From the NCBI RefSeq assembly GCF_025526975.1, contig NW_026515670.1, forward strand, positions 186,001 through 250,000: a stretch of DNA of 64,000 nucleotides, given 5' to 3'. Source of the stretch: Fimicolochytrium jonesii. Its lineage: Eukaryota. Positions 57,904 through 64,000 of this stretch are shown one piece after another (position 1 is the stretch's first letter; each line of letters opens with the position of its first letter). The notes beneath the pieces were generated by a model, which saw only the letters and a list, made by a program, of their open reading frames with translations, searched no databases and had not been told where the DNA came from. A program made the position numbers and the translations under genes.

Positions 57904-58739
57904 ATGACCACCTTATTCGATCGGTTTGCAGTGCGACAGCCCAACTCTCCTTTCCGCCCTCAGCGTCTCGCACATCTACCGCTTGTTGTCGCCCAGGGCC
58001 CTGGCGCTCAGGCTCGCTCGTCGTAGCGTCCCAGGCGTCGTGGAAGACCGCCTAGCCGGATTTCCAGACGACCATCTCCTCGCATTTCTAGGTGAGTACA
58101 TTCGAAGCAATCCGGAGTGGGACGACTACTTCCTCCTCACCTTGGGGTGCGCCATAGCCCGGCACGGACGTCTTGACGCGCTTCTTCGCATGGAGAGCCA
58201 TGGTCTCATCTTGGGGGTGGAGACTTCTATAAATAGCTATGGTATGTGCGACAGCGGCCGGCCACCTAGCAATCGTCAAACATCTGTTGAGTTTAGGACC
58301 TACGTCGAATGAGATTCAGGACAGATCCCGACAGGCTTTGAAACTAGGGAATGTGGATTTGGTGCGATTTTGCGCATAGAACGGAGCAGAACCCGATAAA
58401 AACTACCAAGAGGGGTACCTATGCCGCCTAGCCGCGCTAAAAGGAGCGCACTTGGACTTGGTTATGTACGTTTTCGATGGAGATACATCAGCGGTATTGG
58501 TGGTGGGTGTCGATCGAGAGGAGATCAAGGTCTCGCTCATAGAAGAGCTCATAGCCGCCGGAGCTGCCAGTCTGGATATCGCTCTCATGCATGTCGTGGT
58601 GCAAAACCAATTGGACGGCGCCATCGAGGCTCTCGTACGTGCAGGGGCGGATCCTAACTATGACATGGCTCGAGATCATTTGCCGAACGCGGAGGATGCT
58701 ACAAGAGCTCTGATTGGATCACTCATGGATGTCGCATAA
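57904..58739 (+). pseudogene. Degenerate ankyrin-like helical repeat protein
   Basis: Fragments AIARHGRLDAL, ELIAAGA and ALVRAGADPN in broken frames. Confidence 0.35.
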
Positions 58740-59987
58740 AAAGTCCAACATCGTGTAACGAAAACATGGCCGACGAACAGCTCCTCTCGCTGCTCAGGAG
58801 CACATCATCGAGATTGACACACGCCTCCCAGGCCCCGATATCTGCCTCGGCCGGGCTGAACGCTGAGATGTGTGTGGGCGGGGCTCCTGGCTACTGCCGG
58901 TCCAGGAAGTTGTAAATATGTGTGTGGGCGTCTGAAACAGGGAGGAAGAAATTAAAAAGTTGAAGGAAAACGGGAGAATATAGACAAAGATGGACAAACA
59001 AGGGTTGCTATACATAATTGTAGTAGTCTCATAGCGGTGGTCGTGATGCAATAGCAGTCGTAGTCTTCAGACGTTATTGAGAGGCTCGCCTCAGTTGCTG
59101 GATTCTGATGTCTGCTTTGAACAGCTACCATCGAACCGGATAGCATATACAAGAACATTTCTGTCCATGATCGTAAGAAGCTCCTTCGTGCCTCAGAAAC
59201 TCCATGCTCCATTGGGAAACGTTCCCTTTCTTGCCGCACGTTTCGCACGATATATTGACACAGGTTGGAGTACGCCCACAGTATTGAAGTTTTGGGATCG
59301 CGTCCTATTTTTCACAATCTCGTCCCTGCGCCGCATGCATGGACATAGACGGACGCGATCCCGACATTCGCTCTATTCCATCGGTCTTTATTTCGCTCGG
59401 CGACGTGTCTTCCTGTTCTTCCCTAAGGATTGGCCATTGCTAGCGGCCTGGAAACGCTTCGAGTGTGGCCATTGCTCGCGGCTCAGAACATGGACCATTG
59501 ACTAAAGGCGGTACTCCACCTGCCGACCCGGAGAATGTCTTCTTGGCCCCGCTCAGGGATTGCCTGCTCCGGCGGCACGTGCAACGGGTAGCCAATGACG
59601 CTGCCTAAGCTCACAAGGCGAGCCAGAGTCGGTCGATCTAAATAAAGTGCTTGTCCCTTGTCCTTAGTACAGAGCGTCACGCTTGCAAAGCTAGCACAGT
59701 TTCCGGATTTTACGGCAGGTTTCTCGCTCGATAATCCCCGGGTCGAGAGCCAGCGGACCCCACGTTCCAGGAGACTTATGGTTCCTCTCCAAGTTTCAAC
59801 GTTGGTTGCGCTGAGTAGGGAAGCTTCTGATGTTGATGAGCCCGATTTCAGCCTTCGAGAAACGGGGCAGAGCGGAGAGCGACTGTGACACACGCGTCAG
59901 ATCGAAACTAGGCCGCTTTCACACCCTGCCCAAAACCGCCCCGAAAAGTGGACCCCCTGCTATCCACACTCCCCCAGTGGCTGCATA

Positions 59988-61255
59988 ATGACCTTCATCC
60001 TCAAGAACTCCTGGGTCCAGCCCTGGGTCCCCACCCTCGTCAAAGAGTCCCTCGGCATCGGCCATCTCGACGGCCATCTCGACCGTTTCAACATCCCCTA
60101 CACAAAAGAAGAGGAAGCCTTCGAACGCCAGCCCTACTTCACGGGCGACAGGCACACCGACTTCAACGAGCACAAGATCTTCAGCGCGACATGGGATAGG
60201 AGCGATCGGACAGCGGTGGCTGATGTCATTCAGGTGCATGGGCTGCATGACCATGCGACGCGATGGGCGGCGACACCGTGGCCGAAGGCTATCCTGGACG
60301 CTGGGTTCCGAGTTACGAATATCGATTTGATAGGGCACGGACGGTCTTCCGGACTGCATGGAGCGTTCACGTCCATTGACGAGCAAGTAGACGCCGTGAA
60401 AACCGTGTTGCTAGAAGTAGTCAAAAAACTCCCACCCACCAAATCCAAAAAAGTGTTTCTGCTCGGCGGGTCGTTGGCGGGACTCATCCTGCTGACCTAC
60501 TCCGTGACGTACGGCAAAGACCCGAAAGCGAAACCGGACGGGATGGTCGTGCTCTGTCCGTTGGTTGACGCGGCGGCGGACTCGAGGCCGTCGTATGTGG
60601 TGGAATTGATTGCCAAGGGGTTGTCGTATTTCACACCTTTTTTGCCGCTTGCGGAGGCGAATCGGGGGAAGAATTCGACGGATCCGAGGATGGAAGAGCT
60701 TTTCTTTGAGGGTATGATGAGTGATCATTGTGGGATGGACTGGCTGATGATGGACCATGGGATGCTTACATCTTCCTTCCTCGATTCATCTGAAGATCCG
60801 TTAACGTATCACGGACGCCTGCGCATCGGCACCGCGTTGGCGCTGCTGAGAGGTTTTGAAAGGTAAGCCGGTTCGAAGAGGGTCGGGGCCACTGTGATCA
60901 ACCATTTACTGATCGCCATTTTCCCAATCAAAACCAGATTGCAAAAGAACCTAGAGAACGTCGAGACCCCATTCATCGTCATTCACGGAGACGCCGACCG
61001 TGCTACAAGGTAAGGCCTCATTCTCATATCGCAACTACATGAAAACGCCTCCGATTATCGCAAATTCCCCTTATAATCGATCCCTATTCTCTCCGCATAC
61101 ACAGTCCCGAAGGCTCAAAACTCCTCCATGCAAAATCCCGAGCAAAAGACAAAACGCTGCGCATCGTGCCTGGCCAACAACACGATCTGTGCCGCGAACC
61201 CAAGTCGAGGGAGATATTGGCGGACTCTATTGAGTGGTTGAAGAAGCGGGTGTAG
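59988..61255 (+). CDS. Alpha/beta hydrolase, monoacylglycerol lipase/lysophospholipase-like (multi-exon)
   Basis: VHGLHDH, DLIGHGRSSG, GGSLAG nucleophile elbow, PFIVIHGDADRAT, HDL. Confidence 0.88.
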
Positions 61256-62906
61256 GACAGGGGAAGGGATTATGGATGATGGGTTGGATTGGAGTGGGAT
61301 TATGCACATACATTACGTGCTTTTTTGAGTTATTAATGGATGGTTATTAATGGGTGTCTGCGATAATAAGTACATACATATCGGTTGGCCTATTCTGGAT
61401 CCTGGAGCTCCGGATTTAACTTGCAAAGTGTGGAAAGTCTCGGAGTGAGAAAGTGCTTGGGGTCGTCTATTGACGGCCCCGTCAAAGCCAATTTCAACAG
61501 GCACAAATGCCGTCAAGGGTTTTCGGTCCCCGTTTTGCTCCAGGAAAGACGCCCCCGCACTGCGTGGGATGCGGCGCCTGTGACGGGCTGCTCCATCATG
61601 TAGGCTATAAACGAGTGTCTATGCGCATCTCTCCGTCTCTGGTCATCGTGCATTCTGGTTTTACCACACGGGACAACATCTCAATTGGGAAAACCCTTGC
61701 GCTAATTTCATATTGGGAAGAAAAAATAGTCATATTATGCTAGCATAAGGCCCGCCTTTTTGAACTTCCACTTGGCAGCTCTGCTTCCCTTTTCACGGGC
61801 TAGCACCCACTGAAGAGCAGAAAAACAGGGATCTTTACAACGCTGCTCCACTGCAGCTCCAGAGCTTCCCACTCCCGCTCGAAAAGTCAAGGAGTGCAGC
61901 AAGCGTCCTCATCCTTCCTCCCTCCCAGACATTCCCTCTGGTCCAGCGAGGTCAACTGAACCAGCCGTCCCTTCATTCGCACCTCTCACCACCGCAAACC
62001 CCACTCGATATGCAACGAAGCCAGAGCTTCTCCCGCTGGGATACCGAGCCAAGGAAGGACGGAGCTGAAGCGTTCCGAGGCGGTCAGGTGTTCGAGGGTC
62101 AAGACCTGTTGGACGCTCAGAGTGGGACAGGTGCTGATGTGGGTGTTGGGTATGCTCAGGGGTCGTCGGTCAGGAATACCTCGGTTAGTACCAGGATTCA
62201 GTATCTGAACAAAACTTTCACATGCCACCTAACTACCACTCTAAACCCATCACACATATCCTATTCCCGCAGACAAGACCCACCCCTCGGCCGCAAGACC
62301 ACACCTCCGCACCCCTCTCTGCTGGTTCTACAACCGACAAGCAAACAGCCATCCATGAAGAAGCCCAACGCATCGCGCGACTTAACCCGGATGCGCCGGA
62401 GTTTGCGCCTGTTTGGGGTGCTGTTGGCGCGGGGACTAGATCTACGGATGAACGCGTGGCGAGGAAGGAGAGCGAGTGGGGTGGTGCGCCGGGTGTCCAG
62501 GGTGGGTGGGGGTGGCAGGCTGGGAATACCGTATGTGTCCTCTGTATTCGCTTCCGTACCTCAATATAGGACGCAGTCTGTTCATGTTTTCGTATTATCT
62601 TGTTTAGGCACCGATGACCACCACCACCGCACCCGAGACCCAACAGGGCCTCCCTGCGAAATCACTGAATTTGAGCTCGTACACTATCCCGTTGAAGTCG
62701 AGGCCGAGTGATGAACCGGGGTTGAGGAGGAGCCAGTCGGAGGGACATATGGCGCCGGCTGCTGAGGGGGGGTCTCAGATGGTAGGTGGGATGAATAGGA
62801 TGGCGTTGGTTTGAGTCGAGGGGGTGGGGTGTAGTAAGATTATTGAAGAAGGGTTCCGCTATGCATCATTTACCCGTCGTTCATTCTGAATGATTATCGC
62901 AACCAG

Positions 62907-64000
62907 ATGCTCGGCAACCAAAACGGCAACCCCCAACGGCAAGGCTACATCCCCACCTCCTCCCCCATCCACGACACGCTCGTCTCCCGCGTCAAACACC
63001 TCCTCGAGCACCAGATGCGCACTAACCTCGCCTTCGCCGAAGCCGTCGCCGCCGAGTACGGCCGCGAGCTCGCCATGCGCGCCGAATCCCAGCGTCGCGC
63101 GTTTACGAACGAACTCAACCGTCGCGCGCAGGTGTCGGATATCGTTGTGAGGAGACGGATTATGGAGGCGAAGGAGGCGATCACGAGGGAGTTTGAGGAT
63201 CGGCAGAATGCCGCGGAACGGAGGGGGAGTATGGGGGGTGTTGGGGTGTATGCGGAGGGGAACGTGAACCCGGTTGTGGTGAACACCCTCCAGATGCGGA
63301 ACGCGGATCTGGGTCGGGAGGTCCTTATCCTGCGCACCGAACTCGATGCGCAGCGACATGAGAGCCAGAGGTGGCAGAATGAGACGATGCGGCTGCAGGC
63401 GTTGCTGGAGAAGAGTGGGTCGAGGCAGGGATCGGTTACCCCGTCCCAGCATCAGCAGAAGGAGGCGCATGCGGAGTTGGTGGAGCTGTGGAGGGAGAAT
63501 GAGGGGTTGGGGAGGGCGAATAGAGCGCTTCTGGCGAGGAATGAGGCGTTGGAGGCGCTGGTTGGGGGGATGGGGAGCGAGTGGAGGGATGTGGCGGAGG
63601 TAAGGTTTTGTTGATTTAGACTTTCTTTCGTACATCGGGATGGTGTATTGACAGAATCTTCTTTGATCAGCTTCAATGCCCCCACCAGATGAGCGCCACA
63701 TCGGTCCAAGGCAACCCAAAAGGCAGGGACATCACGCGAAGCGAACAACATGAAGTATCGGAAGACCCGCAGTTGATCAACATCGAAATCGAGGATGAAA
63801 ACGACGAAGAACAAGCGCAGGCTGAACCCGAACCGGAATTGTTTACGGCTGATGACGGCTCTCACGCCGGCCAGTCGCAGATCCAGTGGAGGTCTTCGAG
63901 GGAGGCTGGAGATGGGTTGAAGGGTGATGGTGCTGGGAACGATACCCGCCAGGTACTACTCGCTGTTTTTTTTCACCATTGTAAGTCTTAATGGCTGATT
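62907..64000 (+). CDS. Coiled-coil protein of unknown function (partial, multi-exon; upstream exons likely from ~62.0 kb)
   Basis: 235-aa ORF with heptad pattern ending at a GTAAGG donor, followed by an acidic exon. Confidence 0.45.

Noticed and set aside
58760..59900. Short ORFs between the ankyrin-like remnant and the hydrolase
   Set aside because: No recognisable motifs or consistent exon structure.

Overview
Intron-rich, GC-rich eukaryotic genomic DNA, most likely from a chytrid-like early-diverging fungus (inferred from gene content). There are three zones. (1) Bases 1 to ~12.9 kb are an AT-richer, gene-dense and apparently intact endogenous Polinton-like/virophage-like DNA virus whose left end lies outside the window. 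It encodes a putative double-jelly-roll major capsid, a penton, an A32-type packaging ATPase, an rve integrase with a C-terminal chromodomain, a tyrosine recombinase, a gene that appears to carry a spliceosomal intron, and a TVpol (PolA-like)-D5/SF3 helicase fusion followed by a convergent iteron array around a hairpin (candidate origin). (2) About 13.0-18.1 kb is repeat and transposon debris: a perfect 48-bp palindrome, a chromodomain remnant, minisatellites, a small RING gene, a disrupted TET/JBP-like dioxygenase, a Helitron-like 3' end and a gag zinc-knuckle remnant. (3) From ~19 kb to the end are host genes: farnesyltransferase beta, ASXH(+RAMA-like), CBA1-like, PRP6, URM1, a histidine phosphatase-UXT fusion, a DCAF8-like WD40 protein, GGCT-like, MAPKBP1/WDR62, RPAIN, makorin, a giant CSPG/cadherin-like repeat membrane protein, tRNA-Thr(CGT) and an alpha/beta hydrolase. 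All family assignments come from motifs recognised by eye, no searches were run, and boundaries of multi-exon genes are approximate.
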